Virus record (IMG/VR): IMGVR_UViG_3300011400_000001
Span: 1 to 47,096 of that record
Origin: a virus
DNA: 47,096 nucleotides
Reading direction: 5' to 3' (one strand)
A model generated the notes under the pieces. That model had not been told where the DNA came from. It worked only from the letters and a program-made list of their open reading frames with translations, and ran no database searches. Both the position numbers and the translations under genes were made by a program. Below, piece by piece: positions 1-9,441 of this stretch (its first letter is position 1; each line of letters starts with the position of its first letter).

Positions 1-123
1 TGATGAAGCTATGACCACTATATGGAGAACGCAGTTTATTAACGATTTACCAAAGGGAGCCAACGTCGAAGAATGGACAAGTAAATTAGACGAATACGTT
101 AACCTAGCGTTGGGAGAAAGGCA
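1..123. repeat. Left copy of an exact 123-bp terminal duplication (= 46974..47096); circular-closure/assembly overlap
   Basis: Read base by base: 1-123 (tgatgaagctatgacc...ttgggagaaaggca) equals 46974-47096, offset 46,973 bp. It lies inside a continuous reading frame. Confidence 0.95.
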
Positions 124-2992
124 AGAAACGATGCCCAAAAGAAAGTTAGTGGAAGAAAGTGTTCTCCCTGCTATAAAAACGAGGAGAACAGTACCAGGAA
201 CTGTAAGTCTTTCTTGGCCAGGTAACATTTGGGTATCTCCTGAAGGTAAATTATTAGACGCAGAACCTTCTCATTATGAGTCAGGTGCTAAAGCTCTGGG
301 ACTGCCGGAAGCCTCTTATAGGTCGCACGCTAGCGTTGACATTAAAGTAGAATCAATGGGAAAAGTCGAGAATGCTATGACCTCTGCTGGGTACCTAGTA
401 GTTCGGGGGCATTCACAAGGACTAGACATTCTTAGAGGGAATCTTACACTACCACAAAAAGTTGCGTTGGAAGAATACGCAAAAGAAAATAGAAAGGTTC
501 TGTTAGACCTTAGGAATGAAAGGGAGGTAACTCTTTACAAACCACCTTCGGGACTTAACATCCAGCTTGGTGGGCGTGGTGAAGTTGGTGCGATAACGAT
601 TCAACCGCTTGAGGATGCTTGGAAGAAGATGTCTGCGATGGCGAAGAGTGTTCCGGTGAAGGAACGCGCAGCGCAGCTGTTGGATGCAGCGGAAAACGCC
701 GCAAGAATCTTTGGTCGCCAGCATGGTAACGAGCTTCGTGTCATGTTACCGAAACCTATTCAGCAGGATGCTTTGACGTTCGTTCTCGGTACAAAAGACA
801 ATCGAGGGAAGCTAGCGGACTTTCTTACCGTCATTGGCAATAAAAGTCCGAAAGCAACGCGGGCAATCCGCTACGCGCAGGCACATTGGGACGAGCTGCA
901 ACTAGCAGCCGCGCGGGCGATTCAGATGGTTGCGGTACAGCGTTTTCGAGAGCAAAACTCAGGAGTGCAGACCATCAATCATTATGAGTTGATGTATGAC
1001 CCTCGTGGAACAGGAGTCTCGTCGCCTGACTTCAAGACAACGAAGTACTATCCCAATATGGCAGACGTCATCGCGAACGAAAAGGTACCGCCGAACTTTA
1101 ACGCTGCCGACCTTATTGAGAGGCGTATCGCTATCGGGACTAAGAGGATGAACCGCATCAAGTGGGTCGAATCTTTTGGTGCTATGAAGGATCCTGCTAC
1201 GGGTGATCCATTGGTTAAGCCAATGATAAACGACCCCCTTAATAATAAAGTCGCTCCGGCAGGCTACGAGGCAAGAGAAGTGTATGGCGGCATTCGAATC
1301 GCGGTGAAGAAAGGGTACACCGACATCCTTGATACACTCATCCGTCCGAGTGCTATACGCTCCTCTGCTCCGGGACGGCTTGCTTTGAACTCAGAGGCAA
1401 CCATCAAACATGGAATGTTGCTTTTTGACTCTTTCCACCTTTCCCGCGTGCTTCAAAAGCAAGCCTTCCTAACGGGGTTTAAGAAAATGGGTGATCCGCT
1501 TTCGTTGCTTGAATACAATCGGAAGACAGTTGAGATGCTAGTGGCCAACGGCGATATGCCTGCGTCGGCTCTCACGTCCTATGATAGCCTCAGACCTCGA
1601 ATGCAGCTTTTGGTTAGGAACGGCCTTAACGTAGGCCGCATTGCAGAGAGCTTGTATGCGGACATTATTCGCCGTCCTTGGGATGTTAAAGGAGTAGACG
1701 TCAACATTCCTGGCCACTTTAATAAGTATGTTTTTGAAAAGGTCTCACGGTCTGCTATGCTCAACTCCGCAATGATTGAGTTCGACCGAACGAAGGCTAA
1801 CAACCCGAGTTGGTCGGATGAGCAGGTGGCTTCGCATGTGGCAAAGCAGATCAACGTCTATTATGGAAACCTCATGCGACAGGGGTTGCTTAAAAGCGCA
1901 ACGTTGAGGGACATTGGTCAGTTAACTCTGTTGGCTCCACAGTGGTTTGAAAGCATGGCTCAGGTGGAGCTGAGGGCTTACTATCAGACAGCGAAGGTGC
2001 CGTACGATGCTGCGTTCGAGCGTGCCTTAAAGGTTGGCACGATGGCAAAGGGTGTCGGTCGCGGCCTTTTCGCTTACCTTATCGGAACGCAGCTTATTAA
2101 CTTCTTCACTCGTGGCCACCCTACTACCGAGAACCCGGAACCGGAGCATAAGTTGGATGCGTGGATACCTGATCCAACAGGGAAGACTGGCGGATTCTGG
2201 TTGAATCCTTTCAGCGTTCCGGCTGAGATCACGCATGATTGGATGAGGTACTCGCACGTTAAGCAGAACCAGATGCAGGTGGCGGCACAAATATTAAAGA
2301 ATAAGAGTTCGCCGTTGGAAAGAAGTATTCAAACTTTGCTATCGCAAAGAGACTTTACAGGAGCAAAGATTCTTGAAACAAAGGACGTCTTGAAGGAAAG
2401 TGCGAGAGCGATACTGCCTACTCCTCTACCGCTTAGCGGAGTGACGAGTGAAGTACCAGGTCAAGGGATAAGGCAACTCTTTAGCACGGCGGGTTTTAAG
2501 GTTGAGCCTTCCAGTCGGCAGGTCTTCCTCCTCGACAAGAAGTCGCAGGAGCTTTACAAAGCTAACTTTAGCCAGCTACCAATCTCTGAAAGGTTGGATG
2601 TTGCGCAACAAGTAGAAAAGGAACCCCTACCGCTTCAGCAGAGGTACTCTATTGCTCAAAGAGCAACGGATAAAGAATTCCGTCGGCAAGCGGAGATTCG
2701 TCATGCGTTGCCAAAAGACATCCAAGCTTTTGTGGGGAAGCATAGCTTAACGGTACCTGCTCCGGAGCCAAACTTCATTCGAGGTGGTATCGCCATACCG
2801 TTTAATGAAGCTGAGCAGGAAATGTTGCGAGAAAGGGCCGTTCATTGGTATACGGAAGCCTTCCACAATCTCATGCGGGATAAGGAGTTCGAAACGCTCC
2901 CACAAGTAAGGAAGCAGAAGATTGTGGACCGCTATCTGGTGGGAGCCAAGGAACGTGCGAGGCGGGAGGTTCTTTCCGGTGCAAGACGTTAA
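1..2992 (+). CDS. Giant virion-associated protein, C-terminal part (continuation of 43561..47096); the track's ATG at 11 is an internal Met
   Basis: The frame of 11..2992 is open back to position 2 and matches the frame of the ORF running off the window end (46984 mod 3 = 43561 mod 3). Stop is TAA at 2990-2992. Confidence 0.8.
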   Translation, partial: DEAMTTIWRTQFINDLPKGANVEEWTSKLDEYVNLALGERQETMPKRKLVEESVLPAIKTRRTVPGTVSLSWPGNIWVSPEGKLLDAEPSHYESGAKALGLPEASYRSHASVDIKVESMGKVENAMTSAGYLVVRGHSQGLDILRGNLTLPQKVALEEYAKENRKVLLDLRNEREVTLYKPPSGLNIQLGGRGEVGAITIQPLEDAWKKMSAMAKSVPVKERAAQLLDAAENAARIFGRQHGNELRVMLPKPIQQDALTFVLGTKDNRGKLADFLTVIGNKSPKATRAIRYAQAHWDELQLAAARAIQMVAVQRFREQNSGVQTINHYELMYDPRGTGVSSPDFKTTKYYPNMADVIANEKVPPNFNAADLIERRIAIGTKRMNRIKWVESFGAMKDPATGDPLVKPMINDPLNNKVAPAGYEAREVYGGIRIAVKKGYTDILDTLIRPSAIRSSAPGRLALNSEATIKHGMLLFDSFHLSRVLQKQAFLTGFKKMGDPLSLLEYNRKTVEMLVANGDMPASALTSYDSLRPRMQLLVRNGLNVGRIAESLYADIIRRPWDVKGVDVNIPGHFNKYVFEKVSRSAMLNSAMIEFDRTKANNPSWSDEQVASHVAKQINVYYGNLMRQGLLKSATLRDIGQLTLLAPQWFESMAQVELRAYYQTAKVPYDAAFERALKVGTMAKGVGRGLFAYLIGTQLINFFTRGHPTTENPEPEHKLDAWIPDPTGKTGGFWLNPFSVPAEITHDWMRYSHVKQNQMQVAAQILKNKSSPLERSIQTLLSQRDFTGAKILETKDVLKESARAILPTPLPLSGVTSEVPGQGIRQLFSTAGFKVEPSSRQVFLLDKKSQELYKANFSQLPISERLDVAQQVEKEPLPLQQRYSIAQRATDKEFRRQAEIRHALPKDIQAFVGKHSLTVPAPEPNFIRGGIAIPFNEAEQEMLRERAVHWYTEAFHNLMRDKEFETLPQVRKQKIVDRYLVGAKERARREVLSGARR

Positions 2993-3147
2993 GGCTTTCT
3001 TGGTTCTTGAACGTCTCTAGATCGTAGTTTATACTTCTCTCGAATGAGTTTTTCTTCCTCATAAGTTATCTGGCGGCGTGACATTAAACCACGCTCAATG
3101 GCCCACTTGACTAGTTCGCGGTATTCTTCTTCAAATTTAGGGTTCAT
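2989..3147 (-). CDS. Small hypothetical protein, 52 aa (MNPKFEEEYRELVKWAIERGLMSRRQITYEEEKLIREKYKLRSRDVQEPRKP); below the ORF-track size cut-off
   Basis: Hand translation: ATG at 3147-3145, TAA at 2991-2989. The composition is protein-like (charged, helical). The ATG lies 11 nt downstream of element copy 1. Its stop overlaps the giant gene's stop (TTAA). Confidence 0.4.
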   Translation of the reverse strand: MNPKFEEEYRELVKWAIERGLMSRRQITYEEEKLIREKYKLRSRDVQEPRKP

Positions 3148-3157
3148 ATTTCTTTTC

Positions 3158-3184
3158 AGTGCTGTTCATAAAATGAACAGGACG
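3158..3184 (-). promoter_or_regulatory. 27-nt intercistronic palindromic element, copy 1 (sense: CGTCCTGTTCATTTTATGAACAGCACT)
   Basis: Flush (0 nt) with the stop of 3185..4402 and 11 nt upstream of ATG 3147. Stem is 8+3+8 (CTGTTCAT/ATGAACAG) plus outer arms. Confidence 0.8.
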
Positions 3185-4402
3185 CTATGTAACTTCACCG
3201 TTCTTCTTCATTTCCTCATACTTCTTTTTGGCGATGAACATAGAGGTGAAGCCTTCGCCATTTTTAACGTTGGCCTTCACGAGGTCTCCGCAATCGGTCA
3301 TTGATTTGATTACCGAGTATTGCTCTCTTGGCTCGAAGTCTTTGGAGAGCAATTGACGAAAGACCGGCTCCGTTGTCAGCCCGCCCATCCTTTCTAGGAC
3401 GTCCAACGCCCTCATCATAGGAAGGGCGAGTTCGTTGCGGCCGGACGCTATGCTTAACTTCGGCATATTCGTCTCAAGGCTGTCTAAAAGCGAGGCACCG
3501 ACCTTGAGGTTCCCTGGTGTGATGATGCGGTGAGGTTCTTCTTCTCCGAGCGCCAACAGCATAGCTAGCTTTAAGAGTTGAATATGCTTTGACTCGTAGT
3601 AACCTTCCATTATATCGTCTTCTGGCGTCTTTAGCGTTGTATACCAAACATCAAAGAAACGCCGCGCTTCGGGGTCCCAGGAGAACGGGCCGACGATCTT
3701 TTCCACCTTGCGGAGGTGCTCTTGCATTAACTTCCAAAGCTGTGGGCCATTCGGCGGCAACGTTGGAAAGCTAATCTTCGGACCGCGGACCGTTTCATAG
3801 ACAAAGACAACCCTTCGTGAGAAGCCTCCTGAGATGATTTGCAACTTCAGCTTGTCGATGATCCAGTCGGGGGTTTCACACGCTAGCATGTTGACACAGG
3901 GATTGACGATATTCTCCAGCCCGCGCTTCAACGTCGAGGAATTAAAAACCTTCCCGCCTCGGTCATAAATGTCCGTGAGGAACTCAATCATCGCACCTGG
4001 ATTAAAGGAGAGGAAGTTCTTTAACTCGTTGATGAGGAGGGTGAAAGGTCGGAGTTCCTGTTGGGCGTTGTTTTCATCAGTATAAGAGAAAAGGCACTCG
4101 TCGCTGGCCATGAATTTGACGATGTCCTCGCGGGTCTGGATGGAAGCGGAGACCGGGTGTTCGGGAAAGGTAGACGTTAGGAGATCGCGTGATATATCTT
4201 TTGCAGTAGATTTACGCGATCCTTGCTTTCCTACAAGGCAGACGTAAAGATTCGGGTAGATGTTAAAATAGCCGTGGAACAAATGACAGCGGTTTGAAAT
4301 CGTTGACGCTAGTGCGACTAAGCCACACCAAATATGGAAGTTTCTTGGACACTCATTCCCGCTATTATAGGTAAGGTACCTATGAAGAAAAGAGTTTTCC
4401 AT
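3185..4402 (-). CDS. P-loop NTPase, DUF3987/VirE-like (SF3-type) putative replicative helicase/primase-associated protein
   Basis: 405-aa ORF with a deviant Walker A (LVGKQGSRKST), a Walker-B-like FTLLINELK and GGFSRRVVFVY. The overall pattern matches phage DUF3987-type replication NTPases and it lies in the replication arm. Confidence 0.5.
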   Translation of the reverse strand: MENSFLHRYLTYNSGNECPRNFHIWCGLVALASTISNRCHLFHGYFNIYPNLYVCLVGKQGSRKSTAKDISRDLLTSTFPEHPVSASIQTREDIVKFMASDECLFSYTDENNAQQELRPFTLLINELKNFLSFNPGAMIEFLTDIYDRGGKVFNSSTLKRGLENIVNPCVNMLACETPDWIIDKLKLQIISGGFSRRVVFVYETVRGPKISFPTLPPNGPQLWKLMQEHLRKVEKIVGPFSWDPEARRFFDVWYTTLKTPEDDIMEGYYESKHIQLLKLAMLLALGEEEPHRIITPGNLKVGASLLDSLETNMPKLSIASGRNELALPMMRALDVLERMGGLTTEPVFRQLLSKDFEPREQYSVIKSMTDCGDLVKANVKNGEGFTSMFIAKKKYEEMKKNGEVT

Positions 4403-4405
4403 AGT

Positions 4406-4846
4406 TTATTCATAAAACTCCACTAACAATTTTTCTACTTTATCTGCTGGTTCTAAAGAGAACTCTTTGAGAACCTGGACTAAAGCGGACTGTTTAGTTT
4501 GATACTGGTGGGCCACTCCTGGGTTTTCTTTGTCGGGAAAGTTTAGGAGTGCGAACGCTCCAAAGTATTTCTTGGCTGCTCTATTGTAAGCACGCGCGGC
4601 ATCTTCTTCAGTGTTAAAACTTCCTAGAAGGATAGGTTTGTAATCTCTGTGGTCCCATTCCTTTCCTTGTGGAGGTGGTCCCATAACAAAGTGGGAAAGA
4701 GGAATACTCTGTGTCTTCCCACCTGGCACACAAAAACTATGGTAGACTGACCCTCGAATACATGCCCAGTGAAGTTTTACTGCTTCATCGTACTTATCAG
4801 ACGGAACTATTATGTCTTGCCCGCACTTGCATTTGAATGTTTTCAT
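4406..4846 (-). CDS. AP2-domain DNA-binding protein with N-terminal Zn-ribbon-like motif (degenerate HNH-AP2 homing-endonuclease relative)
   Basis: ATG 4846 forms an ATGA overlap with the polymerase stop. AP2 signature ILLGSFNTEEDAARAYNRAAKKYFGAFALLNFP is present. N-terminus is MKTFKCKCGQ. Only a vestigial WDHRD remains where an HNH motif would be. Confidence 0.7.
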   Translation of the reverse strand: MKTFKCKCGQDIIVPSDKYDEAVKLHWACIRGSVYHSFCVPGGKTQSIPLSHFVMGPPPQGKEWDHRDYKPILLGSFNTEEDAARAYNRAAKKYFGAFALLNFPDKENPGVAHQYQTKQSALVQVLKEFSLEPADKVEKLLVEFYE

Positions 4847-7533
4847 ATGACACCTTTCGTTAGATTTCCCCAAGACTCTCCATACGCACCATCTTGAGGT
4901 ATGGTTATTTGTTGTTCTGCTATCATGAAAGAGTTGTCGAACCACTGTGGTATTTTTCTAGTTGCCCACTCGGTATCTTCAATTCTAAATTGACCTATTA
5001 AGGCATCATGCACTTGGTGAAGAGGCTCAATTTTTAACGAGCCATCGAGATTTCGGTTTTCGGGGTCCATCCAAAGCCTTAGCATCGCAGTATTTGTTGC
5101 TCTTGTTGTTATATACTGGGGTTCATGTGACAACACGTCACCCAATATCTCATTAGCACGACCAAAGAATCGACGAGTGTGGCCGCCGTCACAGACTAAC
5201 TCTGGTTTTTTTGCAATCTTGCGGGCGGTGGCTTCGTGCCACAGACGGAGTCTATAGGCTGAATGCACTGCATTATGGAAGTCCTTAACATCATTGCGGC
5301 TCAGTGCTACTTTGCCAGCAGACTCTTGAAGAATTTCATTGGCTAGTAAATCGGGACCCATAGTGTAGGCGCATCCCCAGATACCTACCTTTGAAACGAA
5401 GTACTGCCATGAATCCTTTTTGACGGACTTTAGCAGTTCCTTAACCTCTTCGCGGCTCTTTCCTTGAAGGGAACCGTTGCCGTTCATTAGCATGTAAGCA
5501 ACTCTGGCAGCAGGCTTGATACCGAAGCGAAGGTCGTCCAGCATGGCGGGATCGCCAAGAGCGTTGAGGTGGGCACCAATAGTCCAACCATCGCTCCCCT
5601 TCAAATCACATTGGAACATGTAATAACCTTCGTCTGCTAGAAACAAGTCTCGCATACCACGGTGTAGTGGATGGTTTTCCGGTCTTAGGTTATCATTATC
5701 AGGGATCGTTTGTAAGTTGTAACCGGACCCTGTAGGAGAGGAGTAGCAAGTTAGCCTACCAGTTTTAGTTCCGACACAATTATACCCACATCTTATCCTT
5801 CCGTCTTTATCAGCGTAGATAGCCAACATTTGAGACCTTGTCCGTAACTCACCAATATCAATAATAAATCGTAACGCGGGATGGTCCGATTTCTTACTGA
5901 GTTTCAGCAATGCTTCGTAATCGGTTGTTGGTTGCTTAGTGGTCCTATGGTATTGCACTGGCAACTTAAGGGTATCATAAAGGTAGGTTTTGAGAGCCCC
6001 ACCCTTTGTGTTAAGGCCAAGGTCACAGGTCGTTTCGATATAACCTACCTCTTCCTTTGAAAGCGGTCCCTCGCCGAGAAGAATACGGATAACTTTATCA
6101 TAGTCTTGCTCGAACTCTTTCCTCGGACGAGAAGGGTCTTTTTTGTATTCCATGATGGATCGCACCTGTGCGAGAAGGCCCGACCGAGGCTGTTTGGTGT
6201 CGAGAAAGCGACCAGCGAGACGGTTGAGGTCGTACTGCAAGTTGTAAATGACGTTGTTGACCTCCTTCAACCGCTTTTTGGAGAGGTCAGTAGCATAACG
6301 AATACCCCTCAACTCCATGTAAAGTAAGGGATTCAACATTGTCATGTTGAAACGGTAGTGGTCGTGCTGTGGCGGTTTGAGGAAGCCATCCAGCTTTTGA
6401 CTGATTTCCATTGTCACCGCGCTATCGCGGCAGCAATATCGGTAGAAGGTATCCTGATCGTTCGATTCGCTGTCTGACTTATAGAAGGGTTCAGCTGTGT
6501 AAAGACTGCACTGAAACCCAAGGCTCTTTTCCAACTCGCAATAAAGCTCGTGGTGCTTGAGCATTGTATCGTCACGGACGTTCGACACAAGACATCCGTA
6601 GCTATATTGTAAGACGAAACGATCATAAAGGCTGTTTTGTAGCGTCTTAGACACAGTCGGATCAGCGAGAAGATTTGCAAGTGCTCTCCAAATGGCTACC
6701 TCTTCGTCCTGTGTCCAGTAAGAGGAGCCGTCCAGCCTAGCAAAAGGCACAATAAAAGAATAGTCTTTGCTTGGCGCTACGCTGATGCAGGACATTGAAT
6801 CAATGTAACCTTCGATGTCGATGGAAACGCTTGCGTGTTCCGCTCGAAGCCGTTCCAGCTCTTCAACGATAGCGATGGCAGACTTCGTTATGCAAAGAGT
6901 TCGTGAAGGAACGTTAAGGGAAGGGGAGAGACCTTCGGTCGCGGCCTTTTTGAGATCGAACGTGAGCAAAGGCATCCACTCGTATTGACGCAAGCAAGCC
7001 GCCGGATGGTGTGCAGCAACACATTTCCAACCTTTGGGGCTAAGAAACAAAGAGCCGCGCCAATCCGATATGCTGTTGGGGAAGATGAACCGTCCATTGC
7101 GGAGAGGCGGTTCTTCGTTGCCGACCTTTAAGACATGAAGGGCGGTAGCACCGAGACAGACAACTAGGTTTGGTTTGTATTCGTAGAGGTCTTTGTAGAG
7201 TCTCTCGATACCGCTTTGGATTTCGGGACTGCTCCAAGAAAAGCGTGCGATCTCGTTGGCAAGGGGTCGATACTGACAAACATTGCCAATGAAGCACGCC
7301 TCACGGACGATGTTTGCCTTACCGAGAAGGGCGGAGAGTAGCCTTCCTGACATGCCAACAAAGGGTTCAAGTACGTATTCTTCGTCTTTTCCCGGAGCTT
7401 CACCAACAATTGCAATGCGGTAGGGAAAGCCGGTAAGGGAGGGAAACTTATTGGGAACGAGGGTCTTTGGACCGGCTTGGGTGGGTTCTTCTTCAGAAAA
7501 CTCAGCAAGGTGAGACGTTTTAGACTTTGGCAT
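4843..7533 (-). CDS. Family-4 UDG-like domain fused to family A DNA polymerase (3'-5' exo + pol)
   Basis: 896 aa. UDG-like motifs: IVGEAPGKDEE, PFVGMSGRLL, HHPAACLR. Exo motif: SIDIEGY. PolA motifs: DLKGSDGWT (A), RLTCYSSPTGSGYNLQTIP, HQVHDALIGQF (C). Confidence 0.9.
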   Translation of the reverse strand: MPKSKTSHLAEFSEEEPTQAGPKTLVPNKFPSLTGFPYRIAIVGEAPGKDEEYVLEPFVGMSGRLLSALLGKANIVREACFIGNVCQYRPLANEIARFSWSSPEIQSGIERLYKDLYEYKPNLVVCLGATALHVLKVGNEEPPLRNGRFIFPNSISDWRGSLFLSPKGWKCVAAHHPAACLRQYEWMPLLTFDLKKAATEGLSPSLNVPSRTLCITKSAIAIVEELERLRAEHASVSIDIEGYIDSMSCISVAPSKDYSFIVPFARLDGSSYWTQDEEVAIWRALANLLADPTVSKTLQNSLYDRFVLQYSYGCLVSNVRDDTMLKHHELYCELEKSLGFQCSLYTAEPFYKSDSESNDQDTFYRYCCRDSAVTMEISQKLDGFLKPPQHDHYRFNMTMLNPLLYMELRGIRYATDLSKKRLKEVNNVIYNLQYDLNRLAGRFLDTKQPRSGLLAQVRSIMEYKKDPSRPRKEFEQDYDKVIRILLGEGPLSKEEVGYIETTCDLGLNTKGGALKTYLYDTLKLPVQYHRTTKQPTTDYEALLKLSKKSDHPALRFIIDIGELRTRSQMLAIYADKDGRIRCGYNCVGTKTGRLTCYSSPTGSGYNLQTIPDNDNLRPENHPLHRGMRDLFLADEGYYMFQCDLKGSDGWTIGAHLNALGDPAMLDDLRFGIKPAARVAYMLMNGNGSLQGKSREEVKELLKSVKKDSWQYFVSKVGIWGCAYTMGPDLLANEILQESAGKVALSRNDVKDFHNAVHSAYRLRLWHEATARKIAKKPELVCDGGHTRRFFGRANEILGDVLSHEPQYITTRATNTAMLRLWMDPENRNLDGSLKIEPLHQVHDALIGQFRIEDTEWATRKIPQWFDNSFMIAEQQITIPQDGAYGESWGNLTKGVI

Positions 7534-7666
7534 AGGGTTGTGCGTTTGGTGGGCTTGGGTCGTTCGGCTCCTTCACGACCACCTGTGGCTTCCTATTTGA
7601 TTGGCGTTCTGTCTACGCTAGGAGTCCGGTCGCGTTGGGTTGCTTTACCTATCCAGACGCCCAACA

Positions 7667-7864
7667 TCATATTTCATAATCAACAGTACTAATAGCTTGT
7701 ATTAACTGATCCTTAACTCCTTCAGGAAGTTCTTCAAATTGTACTGGCCTTATCATACCACTATCGGTAAAACACTTATGGATGTGGAGAATGGTCGTGC
7801 CTGCAACAAGAGCTTCGTAGGTGTCGTCCCAGTGACTGAGGTAGAGGTAGCGACGTGTGGCCAT
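7667..7864 (-). CDS. Hypothetical protein (65 aa)
   Basis: The ORF starts directly adjacent to the stop of the upstream MTase gene (7865) and is co-oriented in the operon. No motif recognised. Confidence 0.5.
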   Translation of the reverse strand: MATRRYLYLSHWDDTYEALVAGTTILHIHKCFTDSGMIRPVQFEELPEGVKDQLIQAISTVDYEI

Positions 7865-9328
7865 TTACTTAAAGACCGAATTGGGGTTGAGAGACTTGTA
7901 ATGTTGGCGAAGGTTTTCGAGAAGGGCGTTGTAATGTTCGGTGTTGCTTTCGCAGCCGATGACGTTCCTTTCCATCTTGAGTAGGGAGATGACACCGCTA
8001 CCATGTCCGGCGAAAGGTTCAAGGACGAGGTCTCCGATCCGTGAGGTATGCCGTATCATAAACTGCCAGAACTTGAACGGCTTCACGAAAGGATGCCGCA
8101 TTTGGTCTTTCATTTCGTCATGTGAGGCGACAAGATGTGAAACAGAGCTTTTCTCCGCAAGCTGGGCGTTTCCTTTCCGGCAGACCATAGCGATTTCGGT
8201 ACTCTTTGTATAATTGTAGTTTGCGGCATTATTCATGCAAACGTGTGTCTTAACCCAGGTGAGAGGCCAACGTTGCACAGCAAAGCCAGCCTTGACTGCT
8301 TCGTTGTAAAGAAACTGCCATAACATTTGATCCGCACAAAGGACAAGGAAGCCAGGGTCGGAGAGGCAGCGGTACGCAGAGGGGAAGAACTTCGTTAGGA
8401 GAGCTACATTATCATCGACCCCGTGTTCGTCTGCCACCGTGTCGATATTAACCATGCCAACGTTGTCTTGCTTTAGCATGTCCATATCAATGGCGTAGGG
8501 TGGATCAGTGATGACGGCAGCGAAGCGTTGATCAGTTTCGTTCATGAAGGTGAGGCAGTCAACGTTATGGAATTTCGAGGAAAGGTAGATCGTGCTTTTG
8601 AGTTCGCTCAGGCGGCGGACCTTTTCGGATAAGTATGCTTCGTACGAGCCGGGCGGGTTATGGGGATTTGCGTAGTACTTCTGCTTTTGTTCGTCCAAGG
8701 CGGAAGGTTCCGCTGAAACCTCCGCTTCGAGCTTCTGTGTTTCCGCTGCGTCTTTGGCTTGCTGGTCGGCCAACGCTTTTTGCTTTCGCGCAAGTTCGGC
8801 TTCGACCAATGCAAGGTTGCGGTTGTTAATGATTAACAAGGCTGCCGCTAGGCTATCCGCTTCCCACATGGGACTCTTAGAGTCGTTGCGCAATTCGGAA
8901 GCTACGGCAAGACATTGAGAAACCGCTCCAAGGGACATGTTCAGCAATGCGCCAGTTTCCCGTTGGCCCCACTGCGCTCCTTGGAGGAAGGCTCCTTTAT
9001 ACTTCAAGAAGTGAATCTTAGCGATAGCAATGCAACGTTCCTGCCATGATCTATCTTTGCGACGGACATCCTCTTCCAGTTCCATCTCTTGCAGTTCGTC
9101 TTCGGACAATGTCTCTCGGTAGGCGACGTCGATTTCAGTCCAACCGAGCTGTTGGGCTGCGGTTAGGCGACGTTTCCCTGCGATGAGGCGGTTTTCTTGG
9201 TTAAGAATAATGGGCTGAATTAACCCATAGCGTTTTAGGCTTTCTGCCAACTCTTCGATGTTACCGAGGTCGATACGCTGGCGGTCGATGACCTTAATGC
9301 TTGTAATAGGAAGTCTTATGCGGTTCAT
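7865..9328 (-). CDS. ParB-like nuclease domain fused to beta-class DNA amino-methyltransferase (N6-A or N4-C)
   Basis: ParB/Srx motif LIQPIILNQENRLIAGKRRLTAAQQLGW. MTase motif IV (ITDPPYAI) precedes motif I (LVLEPFAGHGSG). ATG 9328 is preferred over the track's GTG at 9370. Confidence 0.85.
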   Translation of the reverse strand: MNRIRLPITSIKVIDRQRIDLGNIEELAESLKRYGLIQPIILNQENRLIAGKRRLTAAQQLGWTEIDVAYRETLSEDELQEMELEEDVRRKDRSWQERCIAIAKIHFLKYKGAFLQGAQWGQRETGALLNMSLGAVSQCLAVASELRNDSKSPMWEADSLAAALLIINNRNLALVEAELARKQKALADQQAKDAAETQKLEAEVSAEPSALDEQKQKYYANPHNPPGSYEAYLSEKVRRLSELKSTIYLSSKFHNVDCLTFMNETDQRFAAVITDPPYAIDMDMLKQDNVGMVNIDTVADEHGVDDNVALLTKFFPSAYRCLSDPGFLVLCADQMLWQFLYNEAVKAGFAVQRWPLTWVKTHVCMNNAANYNYTKSTEIAMVCRKGNAQLAEKSSVSHLVASHDEMKDQMRHPFVKPFKFWQFMIRHTSRIGDLVLEPFAGHGSGVISLLKMERNVIGCESNTEHYNALLENLRQHYKSLNPNSVFK

Positions 9329-9441
9329 GTTTGTAGGCTTAGTTGAATGGAACGAGAGAAACTCTACCACCGTACCAGAGCACTAAAGCACGGGCAGGGT
9401 AGCCGAATACCTTAGCCAAAGGCAGCGGTGGTAGAAAGGAA

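Noticed and set aside
1-123. The 123-bp identical ends read as a genuine T7-like direct terminal repeat of the virion DNA
   Set aside because: The repeat lies in the middle of a continuous ~6.4-kb reading frame rather than in non-coding DNA. It ends exactly at the window edges. This is what a circular assembly overlap or a circularly permuted genome produces. Read-terminus analysis would be needed to revive the DTR idea.
7534-7666. tRNA or small RNA gene in the intergenic gaps (7534-7666, 19354-19506, 22208-22754, 23127-23716)
   Set aside because: I saw no cloverleaf-compatible arrangement and no GTTCGAATC-type T-loop in these gaps. The stems present have the wrong spacing for a tRNA. A tRNAscan/Infernal run would be decisive.
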